This document shows positions 37,834 to 48,239 of a stretch of 64,000 bases of DNA, piece after piece. The notes under the pieces are model-generated. The model saw nothing but the letters and a program-made list of their open reading frames with translations. It ran no database searches and was not told the origin of the DNA. Source of the DNA: Escherichia coli. Its GTDB lineage: Bacteria; Pseudomonadota; Gammaproteobacteria; Enterobacterales; Enterobacteriaceae. The translations under genes were made by a program, and so were the position numbers. The stretch is from assembly GCF_044324875.1 (NCBI RefSeq), contig NZ_CP172185.1; one strand, given 5' to 3'. Positions within the stretch are counted from its first letter, which is position 1. Each line of letters opens with the position of its first letter.

Positions 37834-38337
37834 ATGAATATATCATATGTGAATAGCAACAAAATGACATCTTTACCTGTTGAGCTAGATGCACTAAATA
37901 ATAAAGATATCTCTTATTCCAAAGATTTTTCTTATGCCAAAGATCTCTTTTTATATATAGAAACACAGTTAAAAATTGCAAAAGATTTTTGTAGACCAGG
38001 AGAGGAAGTATCAAGATCTATTGCAAATAAAGTTTTTCATGCATTTATTGATTTAGTTAACAAAATCAGAGGCAAGAAAGATTGTATGTATATTTGCACA
38101 CTTTGCTGTTTTGCCGAGGAGGTTAAAGGTGATTATTCTCATTACAGAACCTTTTTATTTGATATTGGTAATCAATATAAGGTTAAACTTACACAAAGCG
38201 GAAAAAAAGAGTTCTCTTTAACATTAGAATTTAACGATACTATAATTGAATCTCAGAAAGTCACAGGCAATAAGGCAAAGCATATTCTTGAGGATATAGA
38301 AATATTCTATCGTAACAAACCCGATACTTATTATTAA
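37834..38337 (+). CDS. Hypothetical protein, AT-rich orphan gene
   Basis: ORF 37795..38337; the ATG at 37834 follows a GGAG Shine-Dalgarno (ggagatgatgatATG). No motif I recognise; AT-rich codon usage unlike its neighbours. Confidence 0.5.
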   Translation: MNISYVNSNKMTSLPVELDALNNKDISYSKDFSYAKDLFLYIETQLKIAKDFCRPGEEVSRSIANKVFHAFIDLVNKIRGKKDCMYICTLCCFAEEVKGDYSHYRTFLFDIGNQYKVKLTQSGKKEFSLTLEFNDTIIESQKVTGNKAKHILEDIEIFYRNKPDTYY

Positions 38338-38558
38338 ATTTAATAATGGTTAGATGTGCAGAAATTATTACTCCACACGGTAAAACAGGGAAAAGCACTC
38401 CAGAACATTGGGATAAACTTAACAAGTTAGAACTAACAACGTTTTATTACCTCTCACGTAGAACGATGGCATCAAAAAAATCATCTATAAAGCAAGAGTG
38501 AAAGCGACGACAGTTTAATTTCACTGCAGGCTGGATAACTCCAGCCTGCTTTCCTGCA

Positions 38559-39752
38559 TTACATCACCGCAGCAAACGCCTTTGCCACACGTTGTACATT
38601 TGCCGTATTTAACCCGGCGACACACATGCGACCGCTGGCGATGAGATAGACACCAAATTCTTCACGTAGTCGGTCAACCTGAGCGGCACTTAAACCGGTA
38701 TAACTGAACATGCCGCGCTGATTAAGCAGATAATCGAAATTGCGTTCTGGCATCTCTGTGCTTAATACCTTCACCAGTTCCTGACGCATTGCCAGAATGC
38801 GAGTACGCATCTCTTCTACTTCCGCCAGCCAGCTGGCTTTCAATGCCTCGTCATTCAGCACTGCAGCCACCACCTGCGCACCAAAATTCGGCGGGCTGGA
38901 GTAGTTGCGGCGAACTGTTGCTTTCAATTGCCCCAGTACGCGGCCTGCAGCTTCGGCATCTTCACACAGAACAGAAAGTCCGCCAACGCGCTCGCCGTAA
39001 AGGGAGAAAATTTTCGAGAACGAATTGCTCACCAGAGCGGGTAATCCAGCGCTGGCAATGGCGCGAATGGCGTAGGCATCCTCTTCCATACCGGCACCAA
39101 ATCCTTGATAGGCAATATCAAGAAATGGGATAAGCTCGCGGGCTTTGAGAATTTCAATCACCGCATCCCACTGGTTATTAGTGAGATCGGCACCCGTTGG
39201 GTTGTGGCAACATGGGTGGAGCAACACAATACTGCGGGCAGGTAATGTTTTTAGCGTCGCCAACAGGTCATTAAAGCGCACGCCGTTAGTCGCTTCGTCA
39301 TACCAGGGGTAAGTACTCACTTCGAATCCAGCCCCGGCGAATATTGCTACGTGGTTTTCCCAGGTAGGATCGCTGACCCAGACGCCTGATTCCGGGAAGT
39401 AGCGTTTCAGGAAATCTGCGCCCACTTTCAATGCCCCTGAGCCGCCAAGGGTTTGAATGGTTGCTACGCGCTGTTGTTGCAGTACCGGATGGTCCGCACC
39501 AAACAGCAGCGGCGCAATGGCATGGCGATAGCTGTTAAGCCCTTCCATCGGTAAATAAAGCGAAGCGCCATGAGGCTGCGCATTCAGGCGCGCTTCCGCA
39601 TCCGCCACGGCTTTCAGTTGGGGAATAATTCCGTCTTCGTTGTAGTACAGACCGATACTTAAATTCACTTTGTCGCTGCGAGGGTCTTCTTTGAAACGCT
39701 CCATAAGCGTAAGAATCGGGTCGCCAGCGTAGGCGTCAACTTTTTGAAACAC
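38559..39752 (-). CDS. tyrB: Aromatic-amino-acid aminotransferase
   Basis: Matches TyrB throughout ([16 protein letters not shown]...); the protein aligns from a GTG codon 14 codons inside ORF 38559..39794, whose first codon reads TTG. Confidence 0.93.
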   Translation of the reverse strand: MFQKVDAYAGDPILTLMERFKEDPRSDKVNLSIGLYYNEDGIIPQLKAVADAEARLNAQPHGASLYLPMEGLNSYRHAIAPLLFGADHPVLQQQRVATIQTLGGSGALKVGADFLKRYFPESGVWVSDPTWENHVAIFAGAGFEVSTYPWYDEATNGVRFNDLLATLKTLPARSIVLLHPCCHNPTGADLTNNQWDAVIEILKARELIPFLDIAYQGFGAGMEEDAYAIRAIASAGLPALVSNSFSKIFSLYGERVGGLSVLCEDAEAAGRVLGQLKATVRRNYSSPPNFGAQVVAAVLNDEALKASWLAEVEEMRTRILAMRQELVKVLSTEMPERNFDYLLNQRGMFSYTGLSAAQVDRLREEFGVYLIASGRMCVAGLNTANVQRVAKAFAAVM

Positions 39753-39948
39753 GCGATGGTTCTCCAGGTTTACGGGCAGGTGGTTAAAACACAATAAACC
39801 GGAAGAAGGCGAAGATCGAGTGGATGTTCAGGGGCGAACGGCAATTAGCAACAGAGTGAGACTCATGACAAACGTACATCCGCCAGAGGCACGGCCTTCA
39901 TAAGAGCATGAAAGAATATCAACTTATTGAATTGGTAGGATTTTATTG

Positions 39949-39964
39949 GCCGGATAAGGCATTC
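39949..39964. repeat. Left half of a REP palindromic unit split by an IS insertion
   Basis: gccggataaggcattc; the other half resumes at 44042. Confidence 0.6.
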
Positions 39965-40015
39965 TGAACTGCACCCCAAATGTTGGACATAATCTGACAT
40001 CTGAAGGTGCAGTTT

Positions 40016-40537
40016 ATGAAACATTCATTTGAAGTAAAACTTGCCGCTGTAAATCATTACCTGGCCGGTCATGCAGGCATCATTTCTACGGCAAAACTCT
40101 TTCAACTTTCTCACACCAGCCTCTCACACTGGATTAATCTTTTTCTTCTTCACGGTCCTCGGGCACTGGATTGCAGACACAAGCGTAGCTATTCTCCTGA
40201 AGATAAACTTTGCGTGGTTCTTTATGCTCTCGGGCATTCTGAGTCTCTACCCCGGGTAGCTGCCCGGTTTAACATTCCCAGCCACAACACGGTTAAAAAC
40301 TGGATAAAAGGCTACCGCAAATCTGGTAATGAGGCCTTTATCAGGCGCTGGAAGGAGAAAAGCATGACCCGTTCTGATGATACCCATGAAAACGAGGCAA
40401 ACATGACGCCGGAAGAGATGAAGAATGAGCTGCGTTATCTTCGCGCAGAAAATGCATATCTGAAAGCCATGCAGGAGCATCTCCTGGAAAAAAAGCGCCA
40501 GGAGCTGGAGAAAAAACGAAAGTCATCCGGAGCCTGA
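40016..40537 (+). CDS. IS3-family transposase OrfA (HTH and leucine-zipper part)
   Basis: 173-aa ORF (MKHSFEVKLAAVNHYLAGH...), followed by orfB in the -1 frame. Confidence 0.85.
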   Translation: MKHSFEVKLAAVNHYLAGHAGIISTAKLFQLSHTSLSHWINLFLLHGPRALDCRHKRSYSPEDKLCVVLYALGHSESLPRVAARFNIPSHNTVKNWIKGYRKSGNEAFIRRWKEKSMTRSDDTHENEANMTPEEMKNELRYLRAENAYLKAMQEHLLEKKRQELEKKRKSSGA

Positions 40538-40639
40538 GGTGCGGATACTGCCAGTCTGATCTGTTAAAGGCTGCAGGGCTGGCCAGAAGCACGCTGTACT
40601 ACCAGCTGTCACTGCAGAAGGCTAAGGACAAGTATGCTG
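40538..40639 (+). pseudogene. 5' fragment of IS3-family orfB, cut by the IS21-family insertion
   Basis: The -1 frame reads LRCGYCQSDLLKAAGLARSTLYYQLSLQKAKDKYA and stops at the IS21-like left end. Confidence 0.5.
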
Positions 40640-40839
40640 CAAAATGGCATCTGAATCGATCGCAGTTTGGCATTCGAATCGATCATGATTTGGCATCCAT
40701 CTCCGATCACAGTTTGGCATCACAATCGATCACGATTTGGCATGCTTCCGATCATTGATTGGCATCCTGCCAGTCACTCCGGGAATTAACTCTTTTCACC
40801 ACAGTCTCCATTGCCGTGTTTAAACCAGTGGAGACGTCA

Positions 40840-42405
40840 ATGTCCAGAAAGAGAAAATCCAGGAGCACTATGGAAACCTGTTTTAAGATCCTTCAGCTCA
40901 AGTTCGACAAGAAGCTGACTAACCGTTGTATCGGACTGACGTTACACATCAGCGCCTCAACCGTTTTTGAGGTTCTTGCCCGCTTCAAAGCCTCTTCTCT
41001 GTCATGGCCATTACCTGCTGATATATCCCATGACACGCTGGAGAAACTCATTTTTCCGCCCAAAGACACCTTTGCATCAGAGCTTGTAATGCCTGACATG
41101 TTGTACTTCGATACGGAAATGAGAAAACCAGGTGTGACGCGGCAACTGTTGTGGATGGAATACAAGGCACAGGCGGGTAACAAAGCGATGGGATACTCGC
41201 ACTTCTGCCGTTGCTACCGGGAGTGGAAAAAAACGCGACGTCTCTCCATGCGCCAGGAGCATCGTGCCGGCGAAAAGCTTTTTATCGACTTCTGTGGTCC
41301 TACGGTTCCTGTTATTAATCCGGACACCGGTGAGATACGCCGCGTGGCAATCTTCGTGGCCGTAATGGGGGCGTCCAACTATACCTACGTTGAAGCGTGC
41401 GAAGGTCAGGACATGATGTCATGGTTAAATGCCCACAGCCGTTGCCTGACCTTCCTGGGCGGCGTACCGAAGCTGCTCATCCCCGATAACCTCAGAAGCG
41501 CAGTGAAAAAGGCCGATCGATATGAGCCTGTCATCAACGACAGTTATCAGGCACTGGCTGAGCACTATGGCACGGTTATCATCCCGGCCCGACCACGCAA
41601 ACCTAAAGATAAACCAAAAGCAGAAAACGGCGTCCTCATCGTTGAACGATGGCTTCTTGCCCGCATCCGTAATGAAACCTTCCACACGCTCAGGGCGCTG
41701 AATGCGCGCCTTAGGGAGTTACTGACAGACATGAATAACCGGCCAATGAAGGGGTACGGCAATCAAACCCGTGCAGAACGCTTCCGCATACTGGATGCGC
41801 CAGCACTCTCTCCGCTGCCTCTGGCACCTTATGAATACACGGAATACAAAGCTGTGAAGGTTGGCCCTGACTACCACGTTGAATATGCCCGTCACTGGTA
41901 CTCCGTTCCACACGAACTGGTCGGTCAGCGTCTGTCACTGAAGGCGGGGCAGTCGGTGGTACAGCTCTGGCACAAGGGGCAGTGTGTGGCGCAACATCCG
42001 CGCAGCACACATGAATATAAACACACAACCAATCCGCTTCACATGCCAGAGCGCCACCGGCAGCACGGGACATGGACACCGGAACGCCTGATCGAGCAGG
42101 GAAAACGTACGGGCCCGTCCACAGGCCGGGTGGTTGAATCCATGCTGAAGGCAAAACCCCATCCGGAACTGGCTTATCGTGCAGTTCTGGGGCTGCTGGC
42201 ACTTCAGAAAAAATACGGCCCGGAACGGCTGGAAAAGGCCTGTTACGTTGCCCTGCACTATAACGCCCCTGACAGACGCTTTATCGACAATCTGCTGCGT
42301 CACCATCGGGAGAACCTGGAGCTTCCATTATCCCGCCAGGGCGAACAACATCCGGCATATGCTTCAGAGCATGAAAACCTGCGTGGTCCGGGCTACTACC
42401 ACTGA
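40840..42405 (+). CDS. istA: IS21-family transposase IstA (HTH and DDE integrase)
   Basis: ORF 40759..42405 with an HTH N-terminus and integrase core; start chosen at MSRKRKSRS and uncertain. Confidence 0.8.
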   Translation: MSRKRKSRSTMETCFKILQLKFDKKLTNRCIGLTLHISASTVFEVLARFKASSLSWPLPADISHDTLEKLIFPPKDTFASELVMPDMLYFDTEMRKPGVTRQLLWMEYKAQAGNKAMGYSHFCRCYREWKKTRRLSMRQEHRAGEKLFIDFCGPTVPVINPDTGEIRRVAIFVAVMGASNYTYVEACEGQDMMSWLNAHSRCLTFLGGVPKLLIPDNLRSAVKKADRYEPVINDSYQALAEHYGTVIIPARPRKPKDKPKAENGVLIVERWLLARIRNETFHTLRALNARLRELLTDMNNRPMKGYGNQTRAERFRILDAPALSPLPLAPYEYTEYKAVKVGPDYHVEYARHWYSVPHELVGQRLSLKAGQSVVQLWHKGQCVAQHPRSTHEYKHTTNPLHMPERHRQHGTWTPERLIEQGKRTGPSTGRVVESMLKAKPHPELAYRAVLGLLALQKKYGPERLEKACYVALHYNAPDRRFIDNLLRHHRENLELPLSRQGEQHPAYASEHENLRGPGYYH

Positions 42406-42421
42406 CAGAAGGAACAACAGT

Positions 42422-43177
42422 ATGAGTGATAACCTGTTAAACAAACTGACCCAACTGAAACTCCCGGCGATGGCCGGGAGCCTGATACGGCAGCGGGAAA
42501 CGCCTCAGACCTACGACGAACTGTCGTTCGAGGAAAGGCTGACGCTGCTGGTTGATGACGAGCTTCTGAGCAGGGAAAACAGCCGTGTGGCACGGTTGAG
42601 AAAAAATGCCGGCCTGAAATACCAGGCAACACCGGAAGGGCTGCGCTATCCGGCCTCAAGAGGTCTGCGGGCTGAACAGATGAGAGAACTGCTGAACGGC
42701 CACTACATAACCCACAGGAAAAACCTGCTGATAACCGGTCCGACAGGATGTGGCAAGAGCTGGATAGCCAATGCGCTGGGCGAACAGGCATGTCGACAGA
42801 AACACAGCGTCCGGTACTGTAGAACCGGGCGATTACTGGAACAACTGGCTCAGGGACGTGTTGATGGCAGCTGGCTGAAATATCTGAAACAGTTGCAAAA
42901 AATACAGGTTCTAATCCTGGACGATCTGGGGCTGGAACAGTTAAGTAACGCCCAGTGTAATGACCTTCTGGAGCTCATAGAGGATCGTTACGGACAAAGC
43001 AGCACGATAGTGGTAAGCCAGTTCCCGGTAGATAAATGGCATGGTCTGATGGAGAACCCAACAACAGCAGATGCCATCCTGGACAGACTGGTACATAACT
43101 CACACCGAGTGGTCCTTCAGGGAGAGTCACTGAGGAAAAATCCCCCGGTAGTGGAAAGCAGCGAAAAAACGCGTTAA
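42422..43177 (+). CDS. istB: IS21-family helper ATPase IstB
   Basis: Walker A GPTGCGKS and Walker B (LILDD); internal ATG of ORF 42179..43177, 17 nt after the istA stop. Confidence 0.85.
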   Translation: MSDNLLNKLTQLKLPAMAGSLIRQRETPQTYDELSFEERLTLLVDDELLSRENSRVARLRKNAGLKYQATPEGLRYPASRGLRAEQMRELLNGHYITHRKNLLITGPTGCGKSWIANALGEQACRQKHSVRYCRTGRLLEQLAQGRVDGSWLKYLKQLQKIQVLILDDLGLEQLSNAQCNDLLELIEDRYGQSSTIVVSQFPVDKWHGLMENPTTADAILDRLVHNSHRVVLQGESLRKNPPVVESSEKTR

Positions 43178-43284
43178 AAAGCGGTAGAAAAAGTTAAGTT
43201 CCCGGTTGATCGAATGGATGCGAATCGCTGATCGGACTTCGATGCCAATCCGTGATCGAATAGAGCGGAATACGCAGTATGCTG

Positions 43285-44020
<736 letters not shown>

Positions 44021-44041
44021 TAGGTTTTGGGGTTCAGTTCA

Positions 44042-44058
44042 TTCACGCCGCATCCGGC
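44042..44058. repeat. Right half of the REP palindromic unit split by the IS insertion
   Basis: ttcacgccgcatccggc; joined to 39949..39964 minus one ttc copy it restores a canonical REP. Confidence 0.6.
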
Positions 44059-44084
44059 ACAAACAATCAAATATTACAGAACGA

Positions 44085-45164
44085 TTAATCCACGTATTTC
44101 ATCGCGACCCTTGAAGTCAGGCGCGTAATAAGTTCGTAAGCGCTTACTTTCGTCATTTCAGCGATACGTTCTACGGGCAAACCTTCGCCCCATAAAATGA
44201 CCGGGTCCCCGGCTTTGTCCTGCGCCTGTGGACCTAAGTCTACGCAGATCATATCCATCGCCACGCGCCCGACAATCGGCACTTCGCGACCGTTCACCAG
44301 CACTGGCGTACCGGACGGCGCGGCGCGCGGATAACCATCGCCATAACCCATCGCGACTACGCCCAGGCGGGTATCACGTTCGCTTACCCAGGTTCCACCA
44401 TAACCGACAGGCTCTCCGGCTTTGTGCTCACGCACGGCAATCAGGCTGGAAGTTAGTGACATCACTGGCTGACAGCCAAAATCGGCACCGGTGGAGCGAT
44501 CTTCCAGCGGAGAGACGCCATAAAGAATGATGCCCGGGCGCACCCAGTCAAAATGCGACTGTGGCCACAGCAGAATGCCACCCGATGCGGCAATGGAACG
44601 TTGACCTGGTTTGCCTTCGCAAAAGGTATTAAAGATAGCGAGTTGTTTCTCGGTTGCGCCGCATTTTGGTTCATCCGCGCGCGCAAAATGGCTGACGATA
44701 TTCACCGGCTGACGAACGTTTTTGCACTGGGTCAGGCGATGATAAAACGCCTCAGCCTGTTCCGGCCTTACGCCCAGACGGTGCATACCGGTATCGAGTT
44801 TCATCCAGACGGTTACCGGCTCGTCCAGGCTAGCCTCTTCCAGCGCAGCCAGCTGTTCTTCGTTATGCACGGCGGTATGAAAATGTTGCGCAGAAATCGT
44901 CGGCAGATCTCTGGCATCAAAAAAGCCTTCGAGTAACAGTACAGGTTTGGTGATTCCCCCCGCACGCAGTCGCAGAGCTTCTTCGAGACGGGCTACGCCA
45001 AAGGCGTCAGCATCGGGGAGCGTTCGCGCGGTCTCAAGAAGACCGTGACCATAAGCGTTCGCTTTCACCACCGCAACCATTTTACTGGCAGGTGCCAGTT
45101 CACGAAGACGTTGCAGGTTGTGTCGCAGAGCGCGGCGGTTAATCACAACAGTTGCCGCTTGCAT
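44085..45164 (-). CDS. alr: Alanine racemase (biosynthetic)
   Basis: 359 aa; PLP-binding [10 protein letters not shown] motif. Confidence 0.95.
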
Positions 45165-45216
45165 TTGTGTTCCTTGATAAGTGTTTGCTTTAATTACCTA
45201 ATTCATAAAATAATTA

Positions 45217-46632
45217 TTATTCGTCGTCGTACTGCGGCCCCGCATAGTTGTCGAAGCGCGACCATTGACCGTTAAAGGTCAGGCGTACCGTCCCGATTGG
45301 GCCGTTACGTTGTTTACCGATAATAATTTCCGCGATGCCTTTTAAATCACTGTTTTCGTGATACACCTCATCACGATAGATAAACATGATCAAGTCCGCA
45401 TCCTGCTCGATAGAGCCAGATTCACGCAGGTCGGAGTTGACCGGGCGTTTGTCGGCACGTTGTTCCAGAGAACGGTTCAACTGGGACAGCGCCACCACCG
45501 GCACGTTCAATTCTTTCGCCAGTGCTTTCAGCGAGCGGGAGATTTCTGCAATTTCCAGCGTACGGTTATCGGAAAGCGCCGGTACGCGCATCAGTTGCAG
45601 GTAGTCGATCATGATAAGCCCGATGCCGCCGTGTTCACGGGCAATACGGCGCGCGCGGGAACGCACTTCCGTTGGCGTCAGGCCGGAGGAGTCATCGATA
45701 TAGATATTACGTTTTTCGAGCAAAATACCCATGGTGCCGGAAATGCGCGCCCAGTCTTCATCATCGAGCTGCCCGGTACGGATTTTAGTCTGGTCAACGC
45801 GCGACAGCGACGCCAGAGTACGCATCATAATCTGTTCTGATGGCATCTCCAGCGAGAAGATAAGTACCGGTTTATCCTGCAACATCGCCGCGTTTTCGAC
45901 GAGGTTCATCGCAAATGTCGTTTTACCCATCGACGGACGCGCAGCGACGATGATCAAATCCGACGGCTGCAAGCCAGCGGTTTTTTTGTTGAGATCGTCA
46001 TAACCGGTGTTTACCCCGGTAACGCCATCGTGTGGCTGCTGAAACAACTGCTCAATACGCGCCACGGTTGCGTCGAGCACATCGGCGATGTTCTTCGGGC
46101 CTTCGTCTTTGTTTGCACGACTTTCGGCAATTTTAAAGACGCGGGATTCAGCAAGGTCCAGCAGATCTTCGCTGGTACGCCCCTGCGGATCAAAACCGGC
46201 TTCGGCAATCTCATTCGCAACCGAGATCATCTCACGGACAACGGCACGTTCACGCACGATGTCCGCATAGGCACTGATGTTCGCTGCACTTGGCGTATTT
46301 TTTGACAACTCTGCCAGATAAGCAAAACCACCGACGCTATCGAGTTGCCCCTGGCGTTCCAGCGATTCCGCAAGGGTAATCAGATCGATAGGACTACCGC
46401 TTTCCTGCAAACGCGCCATTTCAGTAAAGATATGACGGTGTGGGCGGGTGTAAAAATCGTCTGCCACCACACGCTCGGCTACATCGTCCCAGCGTTCGTT
46501 ATCCAGCATTAAACCGCCCAACACCGACTGCTCCGCTTCGATCGAGTGCGGAGGCACTTTCAGCCCGGCAACTTGTGGATCGCGTTCGCGGGGTTCAGCC
46601 TGCTGTTTGTTGAAGGGTTTATTTCCTGCCAT
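45217..46632 (-). CDS. dnaB: Replicative DNA helicase
   Basis: 471 aa; Walker A (ARPSMGKTTFAMN). Confidence 0.97.
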   Translation of the reverse strand: MAGNKPFNKQQAEPRERDPQVAGLKVPPHSIEAEQSVLGGLMLDNERWDDVAERVVADDFYTRPHRHIFTEMARLQESGSPIDLITLAESLERQGQLDSVGGFAYLAELSKNTPSAANISAYADIVRERAVVREMISVANEIAEAGFDPQGRTSEDLLDLAESRVFKIAESRANKDEGPKNIADVLDATVARIEQLFQQPHDGVTGVNTGYDDLNKKTAGLQPSDLIIVAARPSMGKTTFAMNLVENAAMLQDKPVLIFSLEMPSEQIMMRTLASLSRVDQTKIRTGQLDDEDWARISGTMGILLEKRNIYIDDSSGLTPTEVRSRARRIAREHGGIGLIMIDYLQLMRVPALSDNRTLEIAEISRSLKALAKELNVPVVALSQLNRSLEQRADKRPVNSDLRESGSIEQDADLIMFIYRDEVYHENSDLKGIAEIIIGKQRNGPIGTVRLTFNGQWSRFDNYAGPQYDDE

Positions 46633-46714
46633 AGTGAATGGAGTTACCGAGATAAAGAATGGGTCGAAACTTTACCATATGAAGCAGACCCTGACGATAC
46701 GTTCTGGAGGACAC

Positions 46715-47698
46715 ATGGCAACACGAATTGAATTTCACAAGCACGGTGGTCCGGAAGTACTTCAAGCCGTAGAGTTCACTCCTGCCGATCCGGCGGAGAA
46801 TGAAATCCAGGTCGAAAATAAAGCCATCGGCATCAATTTTATCGACACGTATATCCGCAGCGGCCTTTACCCGCCGCCATCACTACCCAGCGGATTAGGT
46901 ACCGAAGCGGCAGGCATCGTGAGTAAAGTCGGCAGTGGTGTAAAGCATATTAAGGCAGGCGATCGTGTAGTCTATGCGCAGTCGGCGTTAGGCGCTTACA
47001 GCTCGGTGCATAACATTAATGCGGATAAAGCGGCGATTCTGCCTGCGGCAATTTCTTTTGAGCAAGCTGCGGCATCCTTCCTGAAAGGCTTAACGGTTTA
47101 TTATCTGCTGCGCAAAACCTATGAAATTAAACCCGATGAGCAGTTCCTGTTCCACGCAGCGGCTGGCGGCGTTGGCTTAATTGCCTGCCAGTGGGCAAAA
47201 GCCCTTGGGGCGAAACTTATCGGCACCGTGGGAACCGCGCAAAAAGCGCAGAGCGCGCTAAAAGCGGGCGCATGGCAGGTTATTAACTATCGCGAAGAGA
47301 ATCTGGTCGAGCGGTTAAAAGAGATCACCGGTGGCAAGAAAGTGCGCGTGGTGTACGATTCCGTGGGCAGAGACACCTGGGAACGGTCGCTGGATTGCCT
47401 GCAACGCCGCGGCTTAATGGTGAGCTTTGGCAACTCATCAGGTGCGGTTACCGGTGTGAACTTAGGCATTCTCAATCAGAAAGGCTCGTTGTATGTGACA
47501 CGCCCTTCCCTACAAGGCTATATCACCACGCGGGAGGAATTAACCGAGGCCAGTAATGAACTGTTCTCTTTGATTGCCAGCGGTGTGATTAAGGTCGATG
47601 TCGCCGAGCAGCAGAAATATCCGCTTAAGGATGCGCAGCGTGCGCATGAGATTCTGGAAAGCCGGGCGACGCAAGGTTCCAGCCTGTTGATTCCATAA
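46715..47698 (+). CDS. qorA: NADPH:quinone oxidoreductase
   Basis: Internal start MATRIEFHKHGGPEVLQ in ORF 46607..47698; Rossmann AAGGVG motif. Confidence 0.9.
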   Translation: MATRIEFHKHGGPEVLQAVEFTPADPAENEIQVENKAIGINFIDTYIRSGLYPPPSLPSGLGTEAAGIVSKVGSGVKHIKAGDRVVYAQSALGAYSSVHNINADKAAILPAAISFEQAAASFLKGLTVYYLLRKTYEIKPDEQFLFHAAAGGVGLIACQWAKALGAKLIGTVGTAQKAQSALKAGAWQVINYREENLVERLKEITGGKKVRVVYDSVGRDTWERSLDCLQRRGLMVSFGNSSGAVTGVNLGILNQKGSLYVTRPSLQGYITTREELTEASNELFSLIASGVIKVDVAEQQKYPLKDAQRAHEILESRATQGSSLLIP

Positions 47699-47705
47699 AA
47701 GAAAT

Positions 47706-47736
47706 AGGGCTTCCACCTGGGAAGCCCTTTCTTTTT
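47706..47736 (+). terminator. Rho-independent terminator of qorA
   Basis: agggcttcc-cacctg-ggaagccct hairpin followed by a T run. Confidence 0.7.
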
Positions 47737-47863
47737 ATAGTTCGGCTGTATGTAGGGTACAGCACGATGAATCTGTTAGAGGCGCAATAGTGACAGATTT
47801 GATTATCAATTCCTATTTTGTTCTAAGGATAAAACCTTAGGTTGTGATCGTCCGCACAATCCC

Positions 47864-48106
47864 TTAGTAACGCCAACGGTCATAGCGCTGATATTTCGGC
47901 ACTTTTGGTGCTTTAATCGCCTTAATAACCCACACTACCGCAATCGCCAATAACAGCCACGGCAGCAACTTAATCATCAATGCCAGCATACCGCCGAGGA
48001 ACATAATGGCCGTCGCCACAACCAGCGCAGCGATAATACCCAGCAACGAAACGCCGGTGACCATCAGCATGACAAAAAAGCCAATCACAAAAAGTAGTTC
48101 CAGCAT
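47864..48106 (-). CDS. pspG: Phage-shock protein G (small membrane protein)
   Basis: 80-aa hydrophobic protein (MLELLFVIGFFVMLMVTG...); the ORF track's upstream extension is probably not translated. Confidence 0.85.
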   Translation of the reverse strand: MLELLFVIGFFVMLMVTGVSLLGIIAALVVATAIMFLGGMLALMIKLLPWLLLAIAVVWVIKAIKAPKVPKYQRYDRWRY

Positions 48107-48149
48107 GATGCTCTCCCAAAGATGAAATCTCTTGCTGGCATTACAAGAA

Positions 48150-48166
48150 TCATGCCAAAAATAATC
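48150..48166 (-). promoter_or_regulatory. Candidate sigma54 promoter of pspG
   Basis: Reverse strand reads TGGCATgattcTTGTAA (GG-N10-TG, -24/-12-like), about 45 nt upstream of the pspG start. Confidence 0.45.
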
Positions 48167-48239
48167 TGTTGATTTAACAGCAAAACGCCCCGCGACGGTG
48201 CGCAGGGCGTGGTGAATTTGACTATTTTTTGGTGAAAAG

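Larger units (their letters stand above)
40640..43276 (+). mobile_element. IS21-family insertion sequence (istA-istB) nested inside the IS3-family element
   Basis: Adjacent istA and istB genes; multiple TTTGGCAT..GATC repeats at the left end, mirrored at the right end; 8-9 bp direct repeat (a)gtatgctg on both flanks. Boundaries are approximate. Confidence 0.75.

Noticed and set aside
39753-39794. N-terminal extension of tyrB ([14 protein letters not shown])
   Set aside because: Not part of TyrB by alignment; starts at TTG and overlaps the promoter region.
40640-40790. Possible CRISPR or other repeat array
   Set aside because: Repeats are about 23 bp with no regular spacers, sit directly beside istA and are mirrored at the other end of the element, so they are IS21-family terminal repeats.
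41711-42202. 163-aa minus-strand ORF inside istA
   Set aside because: Antisense to the DDE transposase frame of the IS21-family element.
43206-43284. First ~26 codons of ORF 43206..44009
   Set aside because: This part lies in the IS21-like right terminus; the IS3-family orfB sequence only resumes at about 43285, so the upstream extension is a fortuitous open frame.
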